From a virus, in IMG/VR virus record IMGVR_UViG_3300000839_000001: a stretch of 48,300 bases of DNA, one strand, 5' to 3'. Under the pieces are notes generated by a model that worked only from the letters and a program-made list of their open reading frames with translations, was not told the origin of the DNA and ran no database searches. Shown one piece after another: positions 10,019 through 18,141 of this stretch. Made by a program: the position numbers and the translations under genes. Position 1 is the first letter of the stretch. Each line of letters opens with the position of its first letter.

Positions 10019-10226
10019 AGCTACCAAACGATGTATACGCTGCCGTTCTGCGGTAGCAGGAAAGGCTAAAGAGGTTGTTCCGTGGTTACTAGATGCTAAG
10101 GACTGGGATAAACAGGTTGTACTCTGTTGGCGGTTCGTGCAGGTACAGGGGATCAATAACAGAGCCTGTGAACACTTTGAATTGCACCCTAGATATATAG
10201 AGGCTACAGATGATAGCGGTACTTAA
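10002..10226 (+). CDS. small Cys-rich protein, member 4 of the CxxC family
   Basis: RCIRCRSAV ... VLCWRF ... RACEHFEL. Confidence 0.6.
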   Translation: MTMNFEATKRCIRCRSAVAGKAKEVVPWLLDAKDWDKQVVLCWRFVQVQGINNRACEHFELHPRYIEATDDSGT

Positions 10227-10398
10227 TTGCTGTGAACAGTGTAGGGCCTATACCTTTATGGTATTACATGATCGCTTTACTGGAGAGTATTACTTAACCG
10301 ATACAATAGGGTGTACGTTACATGGGTGTCTTACTAGACCAGATCAAATATGTATACATTTCGCCCTGAAAGATATGAAGAATGAGCAAGAAACATAG
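10210..10398 (+). CDS. small Cys-rich protein, member 5 of the CxxC family
   Basis: CCEQCRAYTF ... IGCTLHGC ... QICIHFAL. Confidence 0.6.
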   Translation: MIAVLNCCEQCRAYTFMVLHDRFTGEYYLTDTIGCTLHGCLTRPDQICIHFALKDMKNEQET

Positions 10399-10771
10399 TG
10401 AGTCAGACTTTACGAAACGCGTGACGGATCAGTTACGACCTTTTGGCTTTGTGATAAACATGGTAGTCTATAAAGGAATGAATACCTCTGGAACACCGGA
10501 TAGGTACTTTCATTCTGCTTGGTGGCGGGGTTGGCTTGAATTTAAGGCGGCCAAAGGCAGGCTTTCGGACTTGCAAAAGGCCACAATTCATTCATTAAAC
10601 AAACATTGCCCGTGTACGGCGTTTGTGATCCGTGAAGCCGTTGACGGTCATCATGCGGTCGAAACGGAAACCGGGGCAGTTTTGGGCCATTTTCGGACGG
10701 GCAAAGAATTGGTCGATTTATTGCATACTCTATATCAACAGAGTATACAGGAAGGTTGGATATGGAAATGA
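10382..10771 (+). CDS. VRR-NUC domain nuclease (PD-(D/E)xK fold)
   Basis: GTPDRYF...WLEFKAAKGRLSDLQKATIHSL matches the VRR-NUC D...ExK...Q core. Confidence 0.65.
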   Translation: MSKKHSESDFTKRVTDQLRPFGFVINMVVYKGMNTSGTPDRYFHSAWWRGWLEFKAAKGRLSDLQKATIHSLNKHCPCTAFVIREAVDGHHAVETETGAVLGHFRTGKELVDLLHTLYQQSIQEGWIWK

Positions 10772-11124
10772 ATACAAAAGATATAAAGCTAGTCTGTATA
10801 GATAGCAATTCATACGATAGCAGAAAATGCTGGATATTAGGCAGACAGATATTCTGTGAGACGCTACCGTCACTAGGTCATACTATGGAAGAAGTCACCT
10901 ACAATGTACGTACTAACACTTGGACGGCACAATTTCCAGAGAAACTAGGATTCGCCGATATGTTCCTAAAGATTTCTGTTACCGAGACCGGGCTACACAT
11001 CCTTATACAGACCGAGACCTTTGGATTGTTCGCTACCTATAAGAAACAAGCAATTGTATGTCTTTCCACTTTCGACTGGCGCTTCTATAGCGAGTTGTCA
11101 GATATTATGAAGAACATTATTTAG
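10756..11124 (+). CDS. hypothetical protein
   Basis: 122-aa ORF, co-oriented, overlapping start. Confidence 0.6.
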   Translation: MDMEMNTKDIKLVCIDSNSYDSRKCWILGRQIFCETLPSLGHTMEEVTYNVRTNTWTAQFPEKLGFADMFLKISVTETGLHILIQTETFGLFATYKKQAIVCLSTFDWRFYSELSDIMKNII

Positions 11125-11144
11125 AATCGCCACCGGATGAGCTA

Positions 11145-12191
11145 ATGAGTAACGATACAGAGAAGGTTGTGCTAACTAGCAAAGGTTACCCTAAAGAATA
11201 CGTACCAGCAGTAGAGGAAGATATGTCACACATAGGACTACCGAACGTAATGCTCGCCCCAAACCAGCAAGCAGACTTGACGACTATAAAGTATCCGGCT
11301 TTTTGTTCATACAAAATGGACGGGATTCGAGCCATTTTCATCAATGGCGAGCTACGTAGTCGTAACATGAAATTTCACCCTGAGACTATACAGCAACACT
11401 TTCAGAACTTATGTGACTTTACCAGAGCCGCCAACTGTGTTTTGGATGGGGAGATATACCTGCACGGGTTGAAGTTCAATGAGATTAAAAGCACTATGCA
11501 CGATACATTGAAACTTGCTGCATGTCCTCTGGAGTTCCATTGTTTCGACATAGTAAGCACAGACGAGTGGCTTGGTGCTTCTGTAACCCCGTGGCATAAA
11601 CGCTACGCTACTCTGGAGTTATTCAGACAGGCATATACCTATGAGTTTGGTGACGACCGCTTTGTGCAGGTAGATCAGACATTACATAACAAGCCAGAGA
11701 CTATCCAAGACTTAATGGAGTTGTCTCTGGAAGAGGGGTTTGAGGGCATAATGATTAGAGACCCTTACTCGCTCTATAAGCATGGGCGAGCTACTATCAA
11801 GGAGAATACCTTCCATAAGTTGAAAGAGTTTGCTACCGTTCGGGCCGTCATAACTGGCTTCAATTATAAAGAAGTCTTGAAAGCAGATGCCCCAATGGGA
11901 GTAGATGCAATGGGATATACAGAGCGAGATCATCGCAAAGATAGCCGGGAAGTGATAGATGAAATTGGCTCTATCAACCTTGTCTTATCTGACAATACCT
12001 ACTTTCCAGTAGGTACGAAACTCTCTGCTACTTTTGCAAAGAACATGGAAGCCTACGCTCTGCGTTGTGCTATCACTACAAAGAACTTTAACTTCTATCT
12101 AGGGAAAGAAGTGTACGTCACCTTTCAACCCTGTGGCAGTGTAGATGCCCCTAGGTTTCCTAGAATTGTGAGACTGACCGGTGAAGTATGA
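11145..12191 (+). CDS. lig: ATP-dependent DNA ligase
   Basis: Motif I SYKMDGIRA (KxDG), motif III VLDGEIY, motif IV EGIMIRDP, motif V FHKLKEF. Confidence 0.85.
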   Translation: MSNDTEKVVLTSKGYPKEYVPAVEEDMSHIGLPNVMLAPNQQADLTTIKYPAFCSYKMDGIRAIFINGELRSRNMKFHPETIQQHFQNLCDFTRAANCVLDGEIYLHGLKFNEIKSTMHDTLKLAACPLEFHCFDIVSTDEWLGASVTPWHKRYATLELFRQAYTYEFGDDRFVQVDQTLHNKPETIQDLMELSLEEGFEGIMIRDPYSLYKHGRATIKENTFHKLKEFATVRAVITGFNYKEVLKADAPMGVDAMGYTERDHRKDSREVIDEIGSINLVLSDNTYFPVGTKLSATFAKNMEAYALRCAITTKNFNFYLGKEVYVTFQPCGSVDAPRFPRIVRLTGEV

Positions 12192-12248
12192 ACCGGGTAA
12201 TCTCTTATTACTAACGCACTGCGTGTACATAGATACTGGAGAAGTCTA

Positions 12249-12473
12249 ATGGAACTACAATGTAAGGATTGTAAGTATTGCGAACTTAATGCTAGGTTGT
12301 ATATTAAGCCTAGAGATTATCCAGACGGTACAAGTCCTGTAATGTATAAGAGAGGTCTGACTGTTATAAAGATGGCTATATGTTACCTTCCAAAGAAGCG
12401 TCAATCGCCTTTCTCAGTTTCTAAAACTCTCCCGTCCTCTAAAGCATGTAAAAAGTTTGAAAGAAAGGAGTAG
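12249..12473 (+). CDS. small Cys-rich protein, member 6 of the CxxC family
   Basis: QCKDCKYCEL ... AICYLP ... KACKKFERKE. RBS ctggagaag. Confidence 0.55.
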   Translation: MELQCKDCKYCELNARLYIKPRDYPDGTSPVMYKRGLTVIKMAICYLPKKRQSPFSVSKTLPSSKACKKFERKE

Positions 12474-12481
12474 CCCTTACA

Positions 12482-12559
12482 ATGTTGTTTGCTATAGTTA
12501 TTGTGTTTGTACTCACCATATGCGCACTGGCGGTTCTTACTGCAAAGGATAAGTTATGA
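12482..12559 (+). CDS. possible 25-aa hydrophobic micropeptide
   Basis: My translation: MLFAIVIVFVLTICALAVLTAKDKL. Its stop overlaps the next ATG (ATGA). Confidence 0.35.
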   Translation: MLFAIVIVFVLTICALAVLTAKDKL

Positions 12560-12651
12560 TAACCCTTATTGCCTTGATAGTTTCAATTGTTACTAATGTT
12601 GTATTAGTAGGTATCATTTTTAAGATACTTAGTTTTTTCCGTTGGCGTTAA
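12556..12651 (+). CDS. possible 31-aa single-pass membrane micropeptide
   Basis: My translation: MITLIALIVSIVTNVVLVGIIFKILSFFRWR. Confidence 0.35.
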   Translation: MITLIALIVSIVTNVVLVGIIFKILSFFRWR

Positions 12652-12671
12652 TTAGAAAGTAGGTGACTATT

Positions 12672-12836
12672 ATGTCAGAACCTCCCGTTCAACGTATCAT
12701 TTACGAACATCGTAACCCTACAGCAGAAACCGGGTGTGGATGCCTAATCCTGATTCTGCTTTCACCTTTTATTATCTCGGCGATATTGTTTGTCGCCTAT
12801 TGTGCAAGTAGTATACTAGGACTCCCTACCGATTAA
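12672..12836 (+). CDS. possible 54-aa single-pass membrane protein
   Basis: My translation: MSEPPVQRIIYEHRNPTAETGCGCLILILLSPFIISAILFVAYCASSILGLPTD. RBS gaaagtaggtga. Confidence 0.45.
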   Translation: MSEPPVQRIIYEHRNPTAETGCGCLILILLSPFIISAILFVAYCASSILGLPTD

Positions 12837-12846
12837 GCAGAGGTAC

Positions 12847-13002
12847 ATGATGGACGGATTCGACGATTTCGATTACTATGAAGAACATAATCGCAAACAC
12901 GAGAGACAGGGGTTTACAGCTAAGGAGTTCATAGTTCTATTACTAGCTGGGTGGTTAGGTTACCTTGCCGCCTCTGCCCTCGCTACATACCTAGGAGTTT
13001 AA
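12847..13002 (+). CDS. possible 51-aa C-tail-anchored membrane protein
   Basis: My translation: MMDGFDDFDYYEEHNRKHERQGFTAKEFIVLLLAGWLGYLAASALATYLGV. RBS gcagaggta. Confidence 0.45.
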   Translation: MMDGFDDFDYYEEHNRKHERQGFTAKEFIVLLLAGWLGYLAASALATYLGV

Positions 13003-13003
13003 T

Positions 13004-13585
13004 ATGTCTGACTTAATTAGCAGCAAAGCTGCTGAAGACAGTCCTAAAGGACTGACACTAGATGCTACAATAGAGATAGTAGCTCCTACAATACCGCCTG
13101 TGGTCAATATATCAGATATGCCTGCCAACAAGCTAACGGTATTTACCAGAGAAGTATATATGGAGGATGGGATATACTCCCTTACAATCGTATTCAGAAC
13201 CGCCACTGTGTGGAACGTGGTATACATCGACACGGTGGCGCTTCTACTCCAGAATAAGAACAGCGTACCGACTGAGCTGCCTAGACCTAAATGGGCCGAG
13301 ACACAATCGGCAAGTTGCCCAGTAGTATCTAGCTGGGCGATGGTATTCGATAAACCCTACCCAGTACATTTAGATAGGGATATGTTTTTTCATCCTAGAC
13401 ATATTCCCCTACTGGGTCAAGAACACCTTCCGATGTTCGTGCCAAAACGGTTGACGGAGTACGCTACAGAACGTAGGTGTACAGAGGCTACACTGGAGGA
13501 GGCGCTAAAAATGCTAGATAACCTAGACCAGAAGTACCCTACTGCATGTCTTTCGGTATCTCTAGTACCTCTCCGTCGATCGTAG
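13004..13585 (+). CDS. hypothetical protein, last gene of the plus arm
   Basis: 193-aa ORF. Its 3' end converges on and overlaps 13539..14021(-). Confidence 0.6.
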   Translation: MSDLISSKAAEDSPKGLTLDATIEIVAPTIPPVVNISDMPANKLTVFTREVYMEDGIYSLTIVFRTATVWNVVYIDTVALLLQNKNSVPTELPRPKWAETQSASCPVVSSWAMVFDKPYPVHLDRDMFFHPRHIPLLGQEHLPMFVPKRLTEYATERRCTEATLEEALKMLDNLDQKYPTACLSVSLVPLRRS

Positions 13586-14021
13586 GTACTCCAACTACAT
13601 CATTAGGAAAGACCAACATATTGTTCACGATGGTCTTTCCTTCTTCTTTTTCCTCTTGGATTCCAGCAATAAGACCGAACGCTTCTTTCATGGCCATTGG
13701 ACTACCGTTCAGGGCATGTTTGAACAGTGCTTCTTTCAACGCAATCTGTGACATTACTCTAGCGGCTCTATAGGCCAGACCACAAGGATTATCTGAAGCT
13801 AGTAATTCCTCTACTACCTCAACAGAGATAGGTACTGCCGGCGGGGGAGAAGCGCCATTGACCAAATCGGCAATGTCCTTTGCAGGTATGTTCAACCTAC
13901 CAAACTCTCGGAAGCGTTCCGAGAGTTTAATCCAGAACGCGTCTTGCGTTAGATACTTACCCTGATACAATATATGTCCCGAAAGGTCGGGAGCTTCGGA
14001 TTCTATACACTCGCCGTACAT
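13539..14021 (-). CDS. hypothetical protein, last gene of the minus arm
   Basis: 160-aa ORF. The helical C-terminal half (ALKEALFKHALNGSPMAMKEAFGLIAG) vaguely recalls small DNA-binding or terminase small subunits, but I cannot support that call. Confidence 0.55.
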   Translation of the reverse strand: MYGECIESEAPDLSGHILYQGKYLTQDAFWIKLSERFREFGRLNIPAKDIADLVNGASPPPAVPISVEVVEELLASDNPCGLAYRAARVMSQIALKEALFKHALNGSPMAMKEAFGLIAGIQEEKEEGKTIVNNMLVFPNDVVGVPTIDGEVLEIPKDMQ

Positions 14022-14023
14022 AG

Positions 14024-14233
14024 TTAGTCCTTAGGTTCTTTCTGTTTATAGAATATACATTTAGAAGGCCCGCAAAAACGTGGTCGAAAAGGACGGCCTC
14101 CATAGGCCCCCTTACCTTCTTCAATCTCTTTATTGCTGCATCGTATATAGCAATAGTCACAAGTAGGGCAATACCCACTTTCTGGTGAGTCTATAGCATA
14201 TATACAAGAAGCGCCACTCTGGGTGTTGCTCAT
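14024..14233 (-). CDS. small Cys-rich protein, member 7 of the CxxC family (on the late strand)
   Basis: YCPTCDYCYIRC ... FCGPSKCIFYKQKE resembles KACKKFERKE of 12249..12473. The start was moved to the ATG at 14233, which forms an ATGA overlap with the upstream stop. Confidence 0.5.
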   Translation of the reverse strand: MSNTQSGASCIYAIDSPESGYCPTCDYCYIRCSNKEIEEGKGAYGGRPFRPRFCGPSKCIFYKQKEPKD

Positions 14234-15936
14234 TGGATAGGTAGCGTCGTTGACCATTCCGTGTCAGGCATCCATGTAAATATAGAGGGCCACAGACCCT
14301 TGATTTCTAAATGGGCATCTAAAGGTGCAACTCCTGTTGCTGGAACAACTTTGATAGGCACATGCTCTCTTTTCCACGGATGTATACAGTGATTAACTGC
14401 TGGTGTATATGTAAAGCCTCCGGTTGTTACTGTTTTGTAGTCAGCATATATTTTTACATCTGATAACTGGGCAGTAGGTGCTAAACTATGCCAAGCATTA
14501 GTTATCTGTCCTTGCTCTTGCCACATAGCTGTTGCTGGGTTATCTACCATTGTAAAAGTACCGGCATCTGGGTCTAACACCCCCGTTGCCGTGTTTATTG
14601 TTTGTGTAAGATGAACATCTCTATATTGTCGTATTGTAGTGGGGGCATTAATATAATATCCACCTATCTCATATAACTCTGAAAATCTAGCATTGCCTAT
14701 ACTCGCATTGTCATAGCCTATTGTTAAGTCCTCTACAATCGGGGCGAGTAAAGATGGGTCTTGTACATAGTCGGCGATATTTATCAAGCCAACCGTGCCG
14801 GTAGCAAAGTCAAAGGTTGTATCGAACGGGAGTATTGTATATACTTCCTGATAGTAAGGATTACCTCTCCAGAATCTAGGGATCAAATACTGTGGATCAA
14901 AATCATTATACGGGACGGTTTGTGGTACTGCTGCTTGTGCAGCAGACGGAAACATATAAGGGTACTGTGTAGTAACAGTGACGTTACTTAGAGATATAAT
15001 CGGATAATTCCTTGTGGGAAACCCTTCGCTATCTACTGGCCAATCTATATCATAGGTGGCCGTACCTACTACATTACTTGGATTAGTACCGTATCGCCAG
15101 ATGTTTACAGTCATCGTAGCTGGAGTGGGATTATCAGGGCCACTGAAGATTGAGTCAACAGCTAAAGCATAAGTATAGGTGTATGGCGGTTGACTTTCTG
15201 TATAAAAAGTAATATAAGCATTAGGATTAGGTTGTGAATATGCGTACCCCCAATACACTACGTCTCTGATACGCCACCAGTTATCTCCGTCAAGAAGAGG
15301 CCCCTCTTGCGGAAGATATGAATTATTTTTAAGTGCATATATACCGCTGGTAGGATAGTTGCCACCTGTGCTTGAGTACGTTTGCTCTCCGCCCCATCTT
15401 GTATGATAGGGGGATATATATGCTAAATGGTTTGGATACTCATACCCTGCAGAGATATATACGTTTCCGAACATAGCTCCCGGATACGCATTTACGGTGT
15501 TCATATTGAATCCGATCTGAGGATTATCTGCCCATGTGCTTAGTAATGTTTGTGTAACTGTATAGCCATCACTTTGTAACTCTTTCCTAATAGTTACATC
15601 AATCTCTACTTGTCCATAGCGTGCGTTCACACCAGCAGTGGCGAATCCATGAAACCGTATATCAACCATATACACATGCCACGGAGCAACTCTATTTATA
15701 GTAACGTATAGACGGTTATTAAGTACCGCAGACGCGCTATAAAAGTTGGTTAGGGCTTGAGCTTGGAACCGCCAGCTACCGGAAACCTGTGTATACACAA
15801 ACATCATTCGTACAAACTGCATACCTTCAGTAATATGAACAGTAACGCCTTGATAGTTGCTGCTGGTAGTTATAGCTACCATATAGTCATCTGCTACAAA
15901 CTCGGAATAGAATTTTCTAAAATTAACAGGTAGCAT
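14230..15936 (-). CDS. tail tip / receptor-binding candidate protein
   Basis: 568-aa Y/T/N/P-rich ORF, third gene downstream of the tape measure. Call is by position only. Confidence 0.45.
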   Translation of the reverse strand: MLPVNFRKFYSEFVADDYMVAITTSSNYQGVTVHITEGMQFVRMMFVYTQVSGSWRFQAQALTNFYSASAVLNNRLYVTINRVAPWHVYMVDIRFHGFATAGVNARYGQVEIDVTIRKELQSDGYTVTQTLLSTWADNPQIGFNMNTVNAYPGAMFGNVYISAGYEYPNHLAYISPYHTRWGGEQTYSSTGGNYPTSGIYALKNNSYLPQEGPLLDGDNWWRIRDVVYWGYAYSQPNPNAYITFYTESQPPYTYTYALAVDSIFSGPDNPTPATMTVNIWRYGTNPSNVVGTATYDIDWPVDSEGFPTRNYPIISLSNVTVTTQYPYMFPSAAQAAVPQTVPYNDFDPQYLIPRFWRGNPYYQEVYTILPFDTTFDFATGTVGLINIADYVQDPSLLAPIVEDLTIGYDNASIGNARFSELYEIGGYYINAPTTIRQYRDVHLTQTINTATGVLDPDAGTFTMVDNPATAMWQEQGQITNAWHSLAPTAQLSDVKIYADYKTVTTGGFTYTPAVNHCIHPWKREHVPIKVVPATGVAPLDAHLEIKGLWPSIFTWMPDTEWSTTLPIQ

Positions 15937-16851
15937 CTAACTCACCGTATACGTATGGGTCTCTGGTAAGACGAAATACGTCCCTGTAGGGTTACTAATA
16001 ATAGCTGGAACCGCAGCACTAGGATACGTAATCCCACTGGCGGTTCCTCTAAAGCGTAAGTTTATAGTTCCTGCTGTAGTTACGTTTATTTGATTGTTTG
16101 TAGGAACCGCCAGCCATGACATTCCGTTGTTAAGCGTATACTGTAGACTACCTAGTGCGGCTACGTGTTTCGTTACTGTGAGGACAAGCGGTCGAGTATA
16201 TGCTCCCGGCGGGTAGTTTACTGTGACCATGCCTAGTGTTCCAACTAACCAAGCGTTGATAGGGCCGTTGGTATAGTTAGTTTGAGTGTACTGAGCAGCG
16301 AGGACATATATATCAGGGGCCGGGCGGTGAGGTATAGTGAGCGGGAGGGTCTGAGCGTTTCCGCTAGTGCCTGTCCCTGTAGCCCCTGTAGCTGACTGTA
16401 GTGTCCAAGAGAGGAGAGCCTCTGGCCACGTAGGTATAGCCGGAAACAAAAACCCTGTCGTATTAGTAGTAGGGGCCGAAACAGTCGGCATTGCTATGTA
16501 CTCATTATAGTACTCTGGGGCTATTACATAGTTCTTTCCGCCGATTTTGAAACAGAGCAATCCAGCTCCTTGGGGGACGGCACAACCTTGTGCAAGCATC
16601 AAGGCAACAATAGGATCATTAGACGGGCCTACAGTCGCCCCGCTAACGATGGTAGAGGGGGCAGTCTTCACAAGAAGGGCCACCTCTCCTATGTCTGCTA
16701 TACCGCCTTCCTCTCCATAGGTGACTGGGAATTTTACTTTCACTCCCGGAGTCTGCAAGACCTTACGCATACCAACTTGTAAGTTGGTAGCTTCAGATCG
16801 ATTAACTGTAACATACACTCTACCGGACATGCTCAGGTTCCTAACCAGCAA
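15937..16851 (-). CDS. tail tip / baseplate protein
   Basis: 304-aa ORF abutting 14230..15936. Call is by position downstream of the tape measure. Confidence 0.45.
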   Translation of the reverse strand: MLVRNLSMSGRVYVTVNRSEATNLQVGMRKVLQTPGVKVKFPVTYGEEGGIADIGEVALLVKTAPSTIVSGATVGPSNDPIVALMLAQGCAVPQGAGLLCFKIGGKNYVIAPEYYNEYIAMPTVSAPTTNTTGFLFPAIPTWPEALLSWTLQSATGATGTGTSGNAQTLPLTIPHRPAPDIYVLAAQYTQTNYTNGPINAWLVGTLGMVTVNYPPGAYTRPLVLTVTKHVAALGSLQYTLNNGMSWLAVPTNNQINVTTAGTINLRFRGTASGITYPSAAVPAIISNPTGTYFVLPETHTYTVS

Positions 16852-16897
16852 AACTACTGTAAATAGTATTCTAGCGTAAGATAACGCTAAAATACTG

Positions 16898-18079
16898 CTA
16901 AAAGGTTACGATGTAGGGGGGTAACAGTCCCTCTGGAAGCATGATGCTTCCTACATTCGGCCACTCAAATAAATCTTCATTCAGTACAGAGCGATAGACC
17001 TCTGCTTGTCTGCCCGATACAGGATCAACTGCACTAGGCCAGCCGTTCCCGTCTAATAATACCGCAGTTGTAATCTTTTCTGCTTTATGATCTCCCGACT
17101 CCAGAGCGAGCATTGATCCCTTCGTACCGAAGTTAGTTGTTATATTCCCACTGGACTCTACATCACAGGCCCAAACATGACGGGGTAGTCCCCCCGTTTG
17201 GGATGCTGATTTCAACATTAACCCGGCATCCAACAAAGGGCGAAAAAAGGATCGGCGGTCGAACGTAAGTTGGGCTTCTACATCGTAGTAGTACCCAGTA
17301 GGTATTGCTGTTATGTCATATACCGGAACCGGCGTCGCATCATACTTATCGAGTCGAAGTACCGAGGAAGCGAACACTCTGCCTGCAAACATGAAGCTAT
17401 TGAGATTGACGCTACCTACTAAGGTATCGTTGATCCACACAGGATCAAACGCCGGTACTGCTGATCTTTGGAACGATGTAGTCATCACCGTCTGGCGCTT
17501 CCCAGCAGTCATCTCAATAGGGCTACCTGCTGAGTTAATAGCAGGCACTCCCGGAGTGAACAGGAAAGAACCGCCACCGTCTGGCTCGCGTGTAGTGAAC
17601 TCATAGCATATAGCATCTTCTATGGCACTAGAGAAATTTACAACGGCCACCTGCGGATCGACCTCCGTATCATATTCTGGCACTTCAAAAGTGAGCGATG
17701 CTGTTATAAACCATCGATAGTCTCCAGTGACCTCACTAGAGGAGATACTGGCTCGCGACAATCGAGTACGTGAGAGCGTAATGCCGTTACCATTAGGCAG
17801 TTGTGAACGTAGGACGGCCCCCGGCCTCGGTATGATCGGGCCTGCTTGAGACGGCAGAACTGTACCGGGCTTGTTCTGATTAACGTATTGGATAGAAATG
17901 CCACTGGTCAAGACCAATAACAACTCTGGCCGCATACGTGATAGGTAGGACGTTGTGATAGTTAGTTCTTCTTTGCCGCCTATAGAGGTAGAGCCGGTAG
18001 CAAACTTGTACCCGTTCTGTACAGCTACTTCATACGTATTTGTCCCATCTGTCCAAAAGAACTTATCTCCAATAGCCAT
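16898..18079 (-). CDS. distal tail (Dit-like) protein candidate
   Basis: First ORF after the tape measure gene. Call is by position only. Confidence 0.4.
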   Translation of the reverse strand: MAIGDKFFWTDGTNTYEVAVQNGYKFATGSTSIGGKEELTITTSYLSRMRPELLLVLTSGISIQYVNQNKPGTVLPSQAGPIIPRPGAVLRSQLPNGNGITLSRTRLSRASISSSEVTGDYRWFITASLTFEVPEYDTEVDPQVAVVNFSSAIEDAICYEFTTREPDGGGSFLFTPGVPAINSAGSPIEMTAGKRQTVMTTSFQRSAVPAFDPVWINDTLVGSVNLNSFMFAGRVFASSVLRLDKYDATPVPVYDITAIPTGYYYDVEAQLTFDRRSFFRPLLDAGLMLKSASQTGGLPRHVWACDVESSGNITTNFGTKGSMLALESGDHKAEKITTAVLLDGNGWPSAVDPVSGRQAEVYRSVLNEDLFEWPNVGSIMLPEGLLPPYIVTF

Positions 18080-18141
18080 AGGTGGCTCCTTTATATTTTA
18101 TCATAATAGTAATCACTATAGCCATTATTCACCTATATAAT

